Part shown: in pieces, positions 12,053-23,767 of the stretch
Position numbering within the stretch: the first letter of the stretch is position 1
How the letters are laid out: every line of letters begins with the position of its first letter
From: Coniocarpon cinnabarinum
Taxonomy: Eukaryota
DNA length: 64,000 nt
NCBI GenBank assembly: GCA_051942205.1
Contig: JAVECO010000027.1
Coordinates: 1 to 64,000 of the forward strand
Direction: 5' to 3'
Made by a program: the position numbers and the translations under genes
Notes under the pieces: generated by a model
What the model was told of the DNA's origin: nothing
Database searches by the model: none
What the model saw: only the letters and a program-made list of their open reading frames with translations

Positions 12053-13239
12053 CGTTCCAGTTGGCCGAGTTGAAGAACTGAAATGATCAAAATTGCTATG
12101 GCAATGTATTTTTGTTGAAAGAGTGACCGGCAAACGAGCGTGAAATTTTGTCTACGAAAAGAGAAAGAATATGGGAAGGTAATTCAGCGTGATATGAAGG
12201 TCGCTGCGATAAAAAAAGCGGGGCACCTGCGACAAGGGCGATACAAAGGACATCTCCCTTATGTAGGCAATGGAGAACCATGCTGGTGACAACATCAGAG
12301 GACAAGCCCACCTCGGGCACGACTTACGACTTTGTATAACGTTTGAGCTTCCCTTCCTCAAGTACCGGGAAAGGACTGGGATCATGCTGGGCAGATGATC
12401 CACCAGCCAATTGGCTTATCGATCTAGAGCCTTTTCGCGATTGGAACATCACGCTTGGTTCTCAAAGGTGATTGAGATTTCCTGGTTCATACTTTAACGG
12501 CGTTTCAGGGCCAGGTCCGGGGTCGATGGTGGAAGTTTGAGAATTGCAGGGATGCTGAAAGAGACAAGGCTGAGGCATGGAAGCCTCAAACTTCAGGGTG
12601 TAGAATCGGAACTTTCTCCGCAAGATCCGAATCGGGCTTGGCACGCGCAACTCCTTTCCTTCGTGTCTTCCTATTAATATATCCATTTCGCATTCAAACC
12701 CCTGCTTTTGCTCTGCCTCGCTTTACACCTGAGCGTGGCAGCGATGCCCCCGGCATGCGCCATCGTCGATGGTTACTGCTCTGACAAATTTCGTTGAGGC
12801 GCAATGGATGGGTAAGATGCGCAATACGGTACAGTCATGACCAAGGCAGTTTGCCCTTCGCTGAGCCATCGATCCTGCGTTACGACGACTGCAAATGACG
12901 AGCTGCGACATGAGTTGAGCTCTGCATGCATGATAGGCAAGCAGATGCCTTCTGCAATAAGCCCCAATACCAACATCACTAAGCCTACAGGGGAATTTGC
13001 GAGCCGCGTTTCACGTCCCCATTAGCCAATGTTGCGTGGGGGCTGTGTCTGCCTGCTGTGAACGGGTCGCATTGAGTTGAGGCTCCATCTTTAAGTAGGT
13101 CCCAGGCCCTCGCATTTTTTCTCACACATCCCCGAGTTTCTTCTCAGTCGTTTCCCTTGCTATCACAAAGAAGCGTCACTCGAAGACCATCCATAAAGCG
13201 CGCATCTCATTTCACCTAATTTTCTCTACTCGGCTCGCA

Positions 13240-14043
13240 ATGGTTTCACCCAGGACCGTCTTTCTTGCGCTCCCGATATCTTCATATGCTATGCTATCGT
13301 CTGCCCGCTATAGCGATGCACATCAAGCTCTTATAACTCGCGCTGTCCCTTTCGCAGGTGTCAGCGGCGCTGCCGACTCAGCTGCTGCAGACGCTGCGGC
13401 GGATTCAGCCTCCGTAAACGCAGCATCGAACGCCGCTTCAGATCCGGCCATCGGCTCCTCATCTTCAGGCGTACGAGGTAGCACGCCAGGCACTGATTCG
13501 GAACCGGGACGTCCAAATGACGCGACCGAGCCATACGAACCCGGACCTGAGCCTATCGGCGCAGGCACAGGCGAGCCCTCAGCAGGGGAGATCGCGAACA
13601 GTCAGAGCAGTACAGAAACGAATAGTCAGGGAGCAGACTGGGTAGAGATGCTTTCACAAGCTGTTGATGTCGTCAAGGAAGTTGTGGAGAACGTGATGTC
13701 GGATGATTCGTCACAGACGAGCCTTGCGACTCTGTTGCCGACCAATTCGGCCGCCGTCAGCAGTATGATTGTTGCCACAACGACTGGCACCGGCATACCG
13801 TTTCCGAGCAGCTTGGTCCCGAGTGGCGTGAGTCCTAGCCAGTCTGCGTGGTTGAGCAGGGAGTATGTGGCAGAGGTGGCAACAGCACAGGCGGCAGCGA
13901 GTGCAGCGACACCAACGACGCGTGCGAGTGCGACAACGAGCTACGTGCCGCCAGCGACGACAGGAGGAGCAGTGCGTCTTAATGTTGGAAGTTGGGTTGG
14001 AATGGGCTTGGCAGTCGGTGCAGTGGGTGGATTCAGCTTATGA
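13240..14043 (+). CDS. Secreted Ser/Thr/Ala-rich, probably GPI-anchored cell-surface protein
   Basis: N-terminal signal-like peptide, low-complexity S/T/A body, and a C-terminal small-residue site (TTGGA) followed by a hydrophobic tail. Confidence 0.75.
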   Translation: MVSPRTVFLALPISSYAMLSSARYSDAHQALITRAVPFAGVSGAADSAAADAAADSASVNAASNAASDPAIGSSSSGVRGSTPGTDSEPGRPNDATEPYEPGPEPIGAGTGEPSAGEIANSQSSTETNSQGADWVEMLSQAVDVVKEVVENVMSDDSSQTSLATLLPTNSAAVSSMIVATTTGTGIPFPSSLVPSGVSPSQSAWLSREYVAEVATAQAAASAATPTTRASATTSYVPPATTGGAVRLNVGSWVGMGLAVGAVGGFSL

Positions 14044-14594
14044 TCCTAGTTGGCGCCCATACGATCGATGGTTTCAGCAGCTCAAATGCAGGTCGCAAGC
14101 ACACCCACATGCGCATCTTCTTGTCGCATTCTGCCGACAGGTGACATTCCTGGCGTAGAGCGACAGGGACATTGAGTGAGCGGTCAGACGTAATTCTTGA
14201 TTGAAAACCTCTATCTACAGGAGTTGGTACAATAGATAGCGGCCACGTGTCGCCGCTTATACGAGCGGATTAGAACGAGGACGACGAATGGTGGCTGTGA
14301 GACAAACCATTTAGTAGTCGTATATAGATGTCTCCCATATCATCTCAGGGTCTGCTTCAGTCGAAGGATACGTGTCGAGCTATACAATACCTAGTATACA
14401 TGACCCAGTCTGGTAGACTATGACTAAGCAGAGCTGGGAACCTCAATCTACATATTATTCTTTTCAGACGGTCAACGAGGCCGGAAGTATCGCATTGTCA
14501 GTGGCAACACTTCCCCTGAGAATGCCCAAGTCGTCTTGAGCGCGTGAAGAATCACAGCAACTAAACAGCACCGCGAGAAAAGCGCCCAAATGCC

Positions 14595-16490
14595 ATGTCC
14601 TCACCACTTTTTCCATTGTATCCACCACAGCTCACCCCAGAGCAACAAACGCACCTCGTGTCAACGACAAAAGAATGGTGCATAGCGCATGGACTGGCGA
14701 TCAGACCGTCCCAGTCCCATCAAAAAGACGGAGATGATCCTAATGGCCACTTGGCGGTCGCCGCACCGGTTACACTTTTTCCGAGCTTGTTTCCGTTGAA
14801 CTGTTTCCATGAGGCGCTTATGATTCAGACGGCGTATAATGAGCTTTATGCGAACATTGCGAGGGATGAGGAGTGGCTTGGGGAAGTGGTGTCTGAGTAG
14901 GTCCCCAATGGTAAACATGTTCTCCATCATCCGCCTCGTCAAGGCAGTCCATGAATATGGCGTATACGATGAGGACTGCACTTTAAGTGACACTTTGTGA
15001 ATACTATATACTTATACTAGACGAGCGTAGGCTTGCAATGATCGATGACTACATAGCGAACCTTTGGAATGTTCATCTCAACGTTAAAGAAGAAGGCTAC
15101 GCACAGGTAAGTCCATACTGACATTTGAAACTGCTACCAAATTACATCGTTACCTAAGCTCGAAGACGACATTGCGTGCCTTGAGTCTAACCAGGAGCAG
15201 GATCTCTCCCTCGGTCTCTTTCGCTCAGACTACATGATCCACGCCCCGGCAAACACTCCACCTTCTCTTAAACAAATCGAATTCAACACGATTGCCTCAT
15301 CATTCGGCGCTCTCGCATCCCGCACTTCCTCTCTCCACCGCTTCCTTCTCACTACTGCGGCCTACTCACCCGCAGCAGCCCATTACATTCGCCCTGACTA
15401 TCTTCCATCCAACCCATCAATAGAGAAGCTTGCAGGCGGACTCGCAGCTGCTCATCAAGCTTACGGCCAACTGAAGAACAACCAGGGCGTTCGCATGCTC
15501 TGTGTTGTCTTCATCACTCAAGACGGTGAACGCAATGTTTTCGATCAGAAACATATCGAGTACGCCCTCTTCAGCCACCATCGAATCAAGGTGTTTCGCG
15601 TACCTTTCGACGCAGTCCTAGAGCAAACACGCGTCGCTGACGATGGATCACGCGCTCTGCTCTACTCGCCTCCTGCTTTTCCCGAGCGCAGCTACGAAGT
15701 CACGACAGTTTATCTGCGCGCTGGCTACAGTCCCAGTGAATACAACTTGCCCTCTGCCTGGACCGCACGTCTTCATCTCGAGCGCTCCGCCGCCATCAAA
15801 TGTCCCAGTGTTCTGACGCACCTCGCTGGCACGAAAAAGGTGCAGCAAATTCTGGCCACGCCGGACTCGCCGCATTTGATGCGGTTTTTGCCATATCAAG
15901 GCATTGCGGAACGAGTACGAAGAACATTCATGCCCATGTATCCGCTTGACAATTCTGCTGTTGGGTCAGAGGGTAGGAGACTCGCCATGGAGGGAAATGA
16001 GCGATTCGTCATGAAACCGCAACGAGAAGGCGGAGGAAACAACGTGTATAGACACAAGATCAAAGAGGTGTTGGAGCAGACTAGCGAGGAGGAGTGGGCA
16101 AAGTACGTGCTCATGGAGATGGTAGAGACACCGGCACAAAGAAATGTCATCATGAGGAACGGAGAGGTGCAAGAAGGCGGCGTCATCTGCGAGTTAGGAA
16201 TGTTCGGGACGTGTTTGTGGAGAAATAAGCCCATGAACGGGAGCGTTCCAAGAAGTCGAACTGAGCCAAACACTGCGAACGCAGCGGAGCGTGACGCCGA
16301 TGAGTACGGGAATGCCGTTGAAAATCCAAGCAAAAAGGCGAAGTTGTCGACGGTAGATCCTAGCGAAGTGGGCATCATTGAGAATGAAGAGGCGGGGTTT
16401 CTGTTAAGGACAAAGGGCGACACCAGTGAGGAGGGGGGTGTGGCGGCTGGCTTTGGGGCGATCGACAGTGTGTGTTTGATAGACGTGTGA
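14595..16490 (+). CDS. GSH2: Glutathione synthetase (3 exons)
   Basis: APVTLFPS, LGLFRSDYM, KQIEFNTIASSFG, HLAGTKKVQQ, KPQREGGGNN and EGGVAAGFGAIDS motifs. Confidence 0.95.
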
Positions 16491-16935
16491 TGCAAAAAAG
16501 CAGACTCACACTTCGCGTCATGCTTGTTACACTTTAGCAATTTCATCGCCTAGGCGAGCAGCGAGTGATCTTCAAGGCAGTTCTAGGAGAACTTTGAGTC
16601 CTGTGCGAACCCATTTCTCCGCCAACCTTTGCTTTACCGTTACTGAAGCACTCAGAAGTAGACAGTGTGCGCCTGCTGAGACATAGGATCAGCGGTGCCT
16701 TTCCACTAAAACGTATGTAAATCTGAATGCCAACCAGCAAAAGCAAAAAGCTCAAAAGTAAACCAAAAAAAAAAAAAAAAGCAAAAACCCCAGTGGACCC
16801 TCAACGTGCTAGGTGTACCCAAGAGACACCAACAACGGGCCGCGTATTGACAAAGTACGATGACAAAGGAGACAGATGAAGTGAAGTTGACCTTGGCTGG
16901 CTCAACCGAACAAGGGGAAAGGAGAGGGGACTTAC

Positions 16936-17111
16936 TCTTATGACAATCAGCTTCTCCGCCGTTTGCCGGTTGCGTGTGCGATGGCAATTGCGATTGCGTT
17001 TGCAACCAGCGGCGGAGGGGTTGGAATCGAACATCAACATCGTTGACCATTCGAACCATAGGTTTTTTGCAGTGCCATCCTCTGGGCTCCACTGGTGATC
17101 TGACATCAAAC
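16936..17111 (-). ncRNA. Candidate structured non-coding exon 2 (176 nt; putative circRNA monomer)
   Basis: GCTAAC branch (17122-17127), TAG acceptor and GTAAGT donor (16930-16935), flanked by a perfect 18-bp inverted repeat 16891-16908/17144-17161. Confidence 0.7.
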
Positions 17112-17408
17112 CTAAAAATCTGTTAGCGAAGTTTTTACCACTCCGGTTGAGCCAGCCAAGGCGAATGATAAGTTTGCACGTGAAAAATGTAAACCAATGT
17201 GTAATAACAGAAGCCTGAGTGCTATCCAGCAAAAGGAAAAGTTCAAGTGAATCAAGGAAGTGGAAACACAACCAAGACTTGACATGTTGGGTGGCATCAA
17301 AGGATACCGACAAGAGATGGTGGGAGGGAGAAAGAAGAACGCACGGGAGATAGGGAGTGAATGAACCTTGGCCGCTAAACCGAAGAAGGGGAAGGGGGAA
17401 TAACTTAC

Positions 17409-17650
17409 TCTCATGATAATCAGCTTCCCCGCCAGTACACCCATTGTGAACCAGCGGAGGGAAATCACCGGAACCAAACAACGAGCTTAATTGCCCGAAT
17501 GCTTGAACCACAATTTTTCATCTGACATCAAGACTGACATCAGCTTCTCCACTGGGCATCCTGTTCAGGAGCATCAGTAAACCACTGGAACCAAACAGCG
17601 AGCTATGCCCGACTGCCGGAACCATAACTTTTTCTCCTCTGACATCAAAC
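17409..17650 (-). ncRNA. Candidate structured non-coding exon 1 (242 nt; putative circRNA with two units)
   Basis: GCTAAC branch (17661-17666), CAG acceptor and GTAAGT donor (17403-17408), flanked by inverted repeat 17363-17382/17683-17703. Confidence 0.7.
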
Positions 17651-18159
17651 CTGGAAGTATGTTAGCAAGGTCTTTACCACTACGATTTGAGCGGCCAAGG
17701 TTCGGGATGCAAATTTGCATTTGGAAAATATGAAGTAATGTCTCACAGCAGAGGGCGGTGAGTTAGGTCGTTAGGCGGTGAGCAGTATCTGTCCAGGCAC
17801 GTGTCACCGCAAGAGCCTCAGACGAGAGCAGTTGCCGCAATACCGTTCAACGCCCCATGAGGTGCAGGAAGTCTTGACCAGTAGATTGATAGCTTTAGGT
17901 CTCGAGATATTCTCATCACAGGGGCTCGTGGTCTGGACTAAAGTCTGGCAACGACTTCACTCTTGGCTGTCAAAGCCCGGATGGAGAAGGAACAATGGGA
18001 CATGGAGAATGAGCCGGCTGGCAGGGAGTGTGTCAAGGAAGTGAAAACATTGAATTGTCTTCCAACCACGCTCACACCATGTATAATCTGTACATTTTAC
18101 CCATGCGCAGTAAAGCAGAGCACCAAGGTCACCCCGTTCCGGTCTCCCCCGATCCAGCG

Positions 18160-18680
18160 TCACCTTTGCTCTGCCACTGGCACCCACGCCGAATGCTTCG
18201 GTCGTGTCCTATATCTCATCAGCATCAGTCCCGAATCATACCATCCCCTGGGAGGACTGATCGTCACTCACGTATTATATGTTCTGAAACTCGCTCGACT
18301 CATCGTCAAATTCGGTCTGTGTTCCTTCGGCTCCCACTCCCTCTGCCTTGTCTGCGCAATCGGGTCTTTGCTCGGCGGATCCTTCGTCATATAGCTCATC
18401 CACGCATGCCAGCCCGGCTCGATCTGTGAAGGGTCGTAGAACTTGTCGTGATAGTCCACCCAGCGCGTTCGTAACGGCAGCTCATCTTCCAGATTTTCGT
18501 AGAATTTATTGCCGTATTTATCCGTCGCAATGAGGGTGCCGGCCTTGGTGTCGCCCATGTATTGCATTTGGTGGCCGTATTCCTTGGACAAGGTCAGGTG
18601 GGTTGCCATGAGCGGCGAGGATAGCTTACCTTGAAACCTATGCGCCAGAGGTTGCCGAGCGTCCGACGAAGAGTAGACAT
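18160..18680 (-). CDS. NDUFA12: NADH:ubiquinone oxidoreductase subunit NDUFA12 (B17.2/N7BM), 3 exons
   Basis: MSTLRRTL..GFK|EYGHQMQYMGDTKAG..DKYGNKFYE..RWVDY..QIEPGWHAWM..YNT|TRPKHSAWVPVAEQR*. Confidence 0.92.
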
Positions 18681-19136
18681 GCTGGCGACCGATTGCCAAG
18701 GAGCGGAGCGTTCTCCAGCTCTTAGAATGGAACAAACTTGCGTTCAGGTGGAGCTGACGAGCTTCCCATCATCGACATCACGACACGTGAACTTAGCCAT
18801 TAGGGTAGATAACCCTAGCAATGCCCTTTTATGATTCCCGCGAATTCGCTTGCTTAACAATAGTCAAAGATGCAGTAAGCAGGCACGCGTTTTGCTCGAG
18901 CCTACGCGCAGCCGGTTGCTGCCCCCGAAATGTCTAGCGTAGAGCAAGACTGCTTGTGCTTGTGTCGCAAGGGCACGCCACCACTCCGATGACACTGTGT
19001 GGCTCACATGATGGATACAAAGACAAGATGATGTCGAAGCGCCTTTGAGTCAGAGCGTTCGACAGTACTTAGAGCGCCATCGTCTCATGTACGTCTGCGT
19101 ACTTTCATAATCCGCTTAAATTGCATTCATCTAGGC

Positions 19137-19799
19137 ATGGCTCGCAAAAATCGTCAACCCCAAACTGACCGAACCTCTCCAGAACCGACGACACGTCCAT
19201 TGCGCCCCGTCCCCGAACCACCGCCCTCCGATCCTCAAACAATGCCGCCAATGCTGCTTTGCTCATTGGGCAACCCCGGCTCTTCGTACGCCAACACGCT
19301 CCACAGTGCTGGCCACATCGCGCTTGCAGCTCTTGTCCGCCATGTCTCCGCACCCGCACCAATACGCTCGGCTGCTCAAAAAGCGCTCGTTACCTCCTTG
19401 ACACCCCATATGTTTTGGTTTAGTCCAAAATACATGAACGATTCTGGGCGCGCCGTCGCCTCAGCTTGGCGTGATTTCAAACGCTCGCTGCCCAACGACA
19501 CTGTCGAGCCGCGGTTGGTGATTCTGCACGACGAGCTGGAAGCAAAGACTGGAACGTTCAAGATCAAGAGGGACACGGTCGGGATGAGTGCACGAGGTCA
19601 TAACGGGTTAAAGAGTATACTGGAGCAGCCCGGTATGAGGACGGAGAAGATCACGAGGGTTGGCATTGGAATTGGTCCGAGGCCTGCGAGTCGAGAGCCA
19701 GATGATGTCGCAGCTTTTGTCCTCAGAGCGGCGAATTCCATGGAGAAGCAACGGATTGAGTCCTGTGCGGAAGGCATCTGGAAGGCTTTGAATGGCTAA
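19137..19799 (+). CDS. PTH1: Peptidyl-tRNA hydrolase (Pth1 family)
   Basis: SLGNPG..T.HSAG, YMNDSG, LVILHDEL, ARGHNGLKSI and RVGIGIG motifs; start codon uncertain. Confidence 0.88.
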   Translation: MARKNRQPQTDRTSPEPTTRPLRPVPEPPPSDPQTMPPMLLCSLGNPGSSYANTLHSAGHIALAALVRHVSAPAPIRSAAQKALVTSLTPHMFWFSPKYMNDSGRAVASAWRDFKRSLPNDTVEPRLVILHDELEAKTGTFKIKRDTVGMSARGHNGLKSILEQPGMRTEKITRVGIGIGPRPASREPDDVAAFVLRAANSMEKQRIESCAEGIWKALNG

Positions 19800-20294
19800 G
19801 ACAAAGTGCCTCGAAGCATGGAACGCGGTCAACGCAGACATGCAAAGTCAACGGTGTGGTCGAGAGGATGCCTGAGCGACATCGATGCCATTGCATAACT
19901 CAGAACGTCGCGCGCCCTGCTGACTTGTCTTGGGGCCGAAAGATACAGATGTCGACCCGATCGATCATCTACCATCAAGGTACTCACACGATCTGAATAG
20001 ATCGATACTTCCACCAAACACCACACGTGACTGAGACTTGCGTCAGATGTACGAGGAAACAAGAGCCCCACGTGCTGGGCTGGAAGAAGCGCGGAGAGTG
20101 TGTTCAGGCTTTGTGGGACGTGAACTCATTAGCCCGTACTACATGGCGATTCATGAGAAGTCCTGCGAAAGAGAAAGTCGCTGGGAGCGGTCGCCTGCAG
20201 AAGGGCTTGACGCTCTGATAGATTATTTTGTCCACAGATTGCATATGTACATAGCTGGATCATGACAAAATGTCCACTGTACAACCTATCAGTC

Positions 20295-21798
20295 TTACAA
20301 CTTCGACCTCACCCTCTCTAAACTCAACGGGTCCATCGTCTGCACACCATACTTCTTCCGTAGCTGTTCCGTCTTCTCATCCTGCATTTGCCTCTTCTTC
20401 AGACTAAACTGACCCATCACTTTATTCTCATTCCGCCCCAACTGCTGCAAGTGCACCTCATCCGGCCCGTCCACAATCCGCATCGTCCTTCCGTGCGCAT
20501 ACATATTCGCCAACGGCGTGTCCTGACTCACCCCAGCGCCACCAAACGCCTGGATCGCGCGATCCACGACCTCCAGCAACGTCTGCGGCACCAGTACCTT
20601 GGCTTCTGCAATCTCCTTCAACGCACCCTTGGCATTCGACTTGTCGATTTTGACAGCTGCTTCGCAGACAATCAACCGCGCGGCATCAATATCAATTCTT
20701 GATCTTGCAATCCGATCAATCATCACACCGTGCTCATACAATTGCTTCTTGAACGGTCGCTTCGCCGGGTCATTCGCCCTTGCTAAGAAGAGTTCGAGCG
20801 CCCGCTCCGCTGCACCTATACTCCGCATTGCGTGATGAATTCGACCAGGTCCCAAACGACCCTGGATGATTTCGAAGCCGCGGCCGGGGCCGAGAACCAT
20901 GTTGCGTTCGTGGACGCGGACGTTGGTAAAGCTGATCTCGCCGTGGCCATGGGGCGCGTCGTCAAAGCCGAATACGGAGAGCATGCGGTGGATTGTTACG
21001 CCCGGTGTCGTGGCGTCCACGAGGATGACGCTTTGTTGGCGGTAGGGATCTTTATTCGAGGGATCGGACTTGCCCATTGTGATGTAGACGTTGCAGCGGG
21101 GGTCACCGGCGCCGGAGGACCACCATTTCTGTTTGTAGTGTCAGTGAGTCTCGAAGAGAAAAGGGCTCGGGTGAAGGGTGTAAAGAGATGCGTACCCGTC
21201 CGTTTAGCACCCAGTGATCGCCTTCTTTTCGCATGGTCAAGCCAATGTTGGTGGCGTCACTGCTTGCAATGCCCGGTTCTGTCATCAAGAACGCAGATCG
21301 AATCTTGCCATCCAGTAACGGATCAAGCCATTGCCTTTTCTGCTCCTCAGTGCCATACTTCGCCAACACCTCCATATTTCCCGTATCCGGCGCCGCGCAA
21401 TTACAAGCCTCGCTCGCTGTGCCGCTCTTCCCCAAGATCTCCGCCATGAGGCCATACTCTAAGTTGCTAAATCCAGCACCCTCCTTAAAATGATTTACGG
21501 GCAGGAACATGTTCCACAGCCCCAGCTCTCTTGCACGCTTCTTCAGATCTTCCATGATTTGTGGATGTGCGCTGAAGCGCTCTTTCGTGCTGTTGCCGAT
21601 CATGGCGCGCATGACGGGGTCCGCGGGGATGCATTCTTCTTCGACGAAACGCTCGACGGTGTCGAGGTACTCTTTGGCGCGCTGGGAGACGAAAGGTTCG
21701 CAGATGGCGGGGATGCGCTTGGATGCGGGGAGGATGTGTTTTTCGGCGCGAGGGTCACCGGTCAGGTATTTACTAGAAGTGACAAACTTGTCTGTCAT
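20295..21798 (-). CDS. Acyl-CoA dehydrogenase (ACAD10/11-like), peroxisomal
   Basis: NCAAPDTGNMEVL, FLMTEPGIASSDA, QGRLGPGRIHH and RIVDGPDEVH motifs; intron 21129-21195; C-terminal SKL (PTS1). Confidence 0.93.
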
Positions 21799-22399
21799 TT
21801 TTGCGGTGCGTGATGAGGAATCAAGAGGTAGGAGAAGGTTCTGAGTGTTCTAAATCGTTGGGGCGACAAGACAAAAGTGCAAGACATCGAGATGGAATTG
21901 ACATTGACAGTTGCGCCGCCGAGCTTGCCTGGCGGAGACGAGACAGCCGAGGCTAGATTGACCGTCTCATGACTCACCATTTCTAGTAATTTCTGGGGAT
22001 CTTGAAATTCGTGACACCCTCTAATGCGCTGCAGCCCGCCTAGCGAGCAGATTGATTGAGCTTATATCAGAGAAGCCTGTCTGCCTTCATTTTCCAATGC
22101 TTTCTCTATCACGTTTTGTGCCTGACGAAATAAACCTGGTATTCCAAAGGGGTCGATGTTTCGCTTCGTACTGTCGAAAAAGGCTCAGTCCATAGAGAGT
22201 CTATGCTCTGTCATGACAAAGAATGGATGCTCACGGCATTACTTTTCGCTGGTCGCTGATGCTTGACAGTCTTGCTCTTGGCAGCCTGAACGCACATTGG
22301 AGTCGTGCCTGTCTTTTGCAATTCATTCATTGAGCTTCACAATAACCTAGATGGCTGACAGCAACGACCCGCAACCGGTTCGACCAGCGCAACAAGACG

Positions 22400-23767
22400 C
22401 TAGACCTTGACGTTTCGATCAGCATGATTAACACGAGCCGGACCAAGACCTCTCCGGATTTCATTAAGCTGTTCTATGCCACCCTGTTGCCCCCAGAAAT
22501 CTTGCTTTCCCCCTTTCTTCATCTTCTTGCCCTTCTTGCCGCTGCCTCCTAAGAACTCGTCCATTGCAGTTGCAAAAGCAGCGTTTGACGATAAGGGAGG
22601 GGCCCTATCGTCGGTATCGGTGCGGCTCGCAAAAGACATCTTCGACCCGCCTGTCATTCGAGAAAGACCGCTAATGGCGGAAACGTTGTCATCTGTTATT
22701 TCCTCGTCTTCGTTGATGTCATCCATGTACGTGTCCAAGACTTTATCGAATTTAGAATCAAGAGTACTCAACGCTTCAGTCCTGGCTAATGCTGACGATG
22801 TCATCGAGAAACCTGTGGATGAAGTGAGTGCGCCTTTTCGCTTTTTGCGGCGGCCTGTAGCTGAGGTGTCCGCGGTAAATGCAGCGGATGGTGCGCCTAG
22901 AGGTGGTTTCCTTAGGCCTGTTTGTGAGAGGCCAGATACCGTTGGCTCTTGAGCTTTGGCTTTCGCTAGAGACTCCAGAAAATCACCGTCGTCGTGTTGG
23001 TCCTGTGGCAATGGCTCATGAGCGAGCTCTGACGTTGCGTCGTCGTTTATAGCCTTAGCGGTATCGTCGGACTCCCAACCATCATCATCGTCTTGCGCGC
23101 CTAGCGATTCCCAAATATCTCGATCAACCTCCTCACCACCCACTGCTAGCTCGTCGAAAAGGTCTTGGTCGTCATCCACGAAGGCTTCGTCGTCGAGTGC
23201 TTCTAACACCTCCCTCAATCGAGGATCCATGTCAGGCTGAAATCCAGCGATCTCATCGGGAATATCCTGCTGCTCTTGATAGCGCTCCCATGATGGCTGT
23301 GTATGTGCCACACGTCCACCATAGTCGCTGGTTGGTGGATGACTCTGACTATCATTGTCACCATCATTCAAAGTGACATCTCGCAACGCATCCTCAAGAT
23401 TCTGTCTGCCTTTACCATGACGTTGAGCTGAACTTCTAGATTCCAGCCACGTACTGTCGCCGCTGCCTTGACCTAGATCCCGTAAATGCTGAAGGTAGTC
23501 ATACTCATCATTAAATCGAATGCCGTGCTCCGCCGCGACTTCGTCATTTTCGGGTAAAGCTTCTCCGGTCGCTTTAAAGTCTTGCTCGAGATCACCTATT
23601 CGTTTTGTCTTTATCCTATCTGCCTGTTGACTCGACGAAGGACCTGCAATCTGCGTAAGAACTTGTGACGGTGTGTTTTCGTCATGGATGAGCGGGTCGT
23701 CTTGCGGCCTGTGAACAAGTGCGTATTTTGTTGAAGTCTTCTTCGAGAAAGGGCGTTCTGATGCCAT
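22400..23767 (-). CDS. LTV1: Low temperature viability protein (pre-40S factor)
   Basis: ALVHRPQDDPL, EYDYLQHL, IAGFQPDMDPRLREVLEALDDEAF and FSMTSSALARTE motifs. Confidence 0.93.
   Translation of the reverse strand: MASERPFSKKTSTKYALVHRPQDDPLIHDENTPSQVLTQIAGPSSSQQADRIKTKRIGDLEQDFKATGEALPENDEVAAEHGIRFNDEYDYLQHLRDLGQGSGDSTWLESRSSAQRHGKGRQNLEDALRDVTLNDGDNDSQSHPPTSDYGGRVAHTQPSWERYQEQQDIPDEIAGFQPDMDPRLREVLEALDDEAFVDDDQDLFDELAVGGEEVDRDIWESLGAQDDDDGWESDDTAKAINDDATSELAHEPLPQDQHDDGDFLESLAKAKAQEPTVSGLSQTGLRKPPLGAPSAAFTADTSATGRRKKRKGALTSSTGFSMTSSALARTEALSTLDSKFDKVLDTYMDDINEDEEITDDNVSAISGLSRMTGGSKMSFASRTDTDDRAPPLSSNAAFATAMDEFLGGSGKKGKKMKKGGKQDFWGQQGGIEQLNEIRRGLGPARVNHADRNVKV

Noticed and set aside
16706..17511. 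Three overlapping minus-strand ORFs (121-236 aa)
   Set aside because: They have non-protein-like composition and cross splice signals, and the conservation among units follows base pairing rather than codons.
16936..17650. Box C/D snoRNA cluster interpretation (TGATG...CTGA)
   Set aside because: The C-like box is TGATGT and pairs with the CTGA segment, the would-be guides sit in hairpins, and the units lie between 3' and 5' splice sites rather than inside introns. Not fully excluded without an Rfam search.
16936..17650. Hairpin or hammerhead ribozyme, or tRNA
   Set aside because: AGAAGCUG and CUGAUG..GAAA are present, but I find no GUC cleavage strand, loop B or complete hammerhead core. 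The GGTTCGA motifs lie in stems with no cloverleaf.
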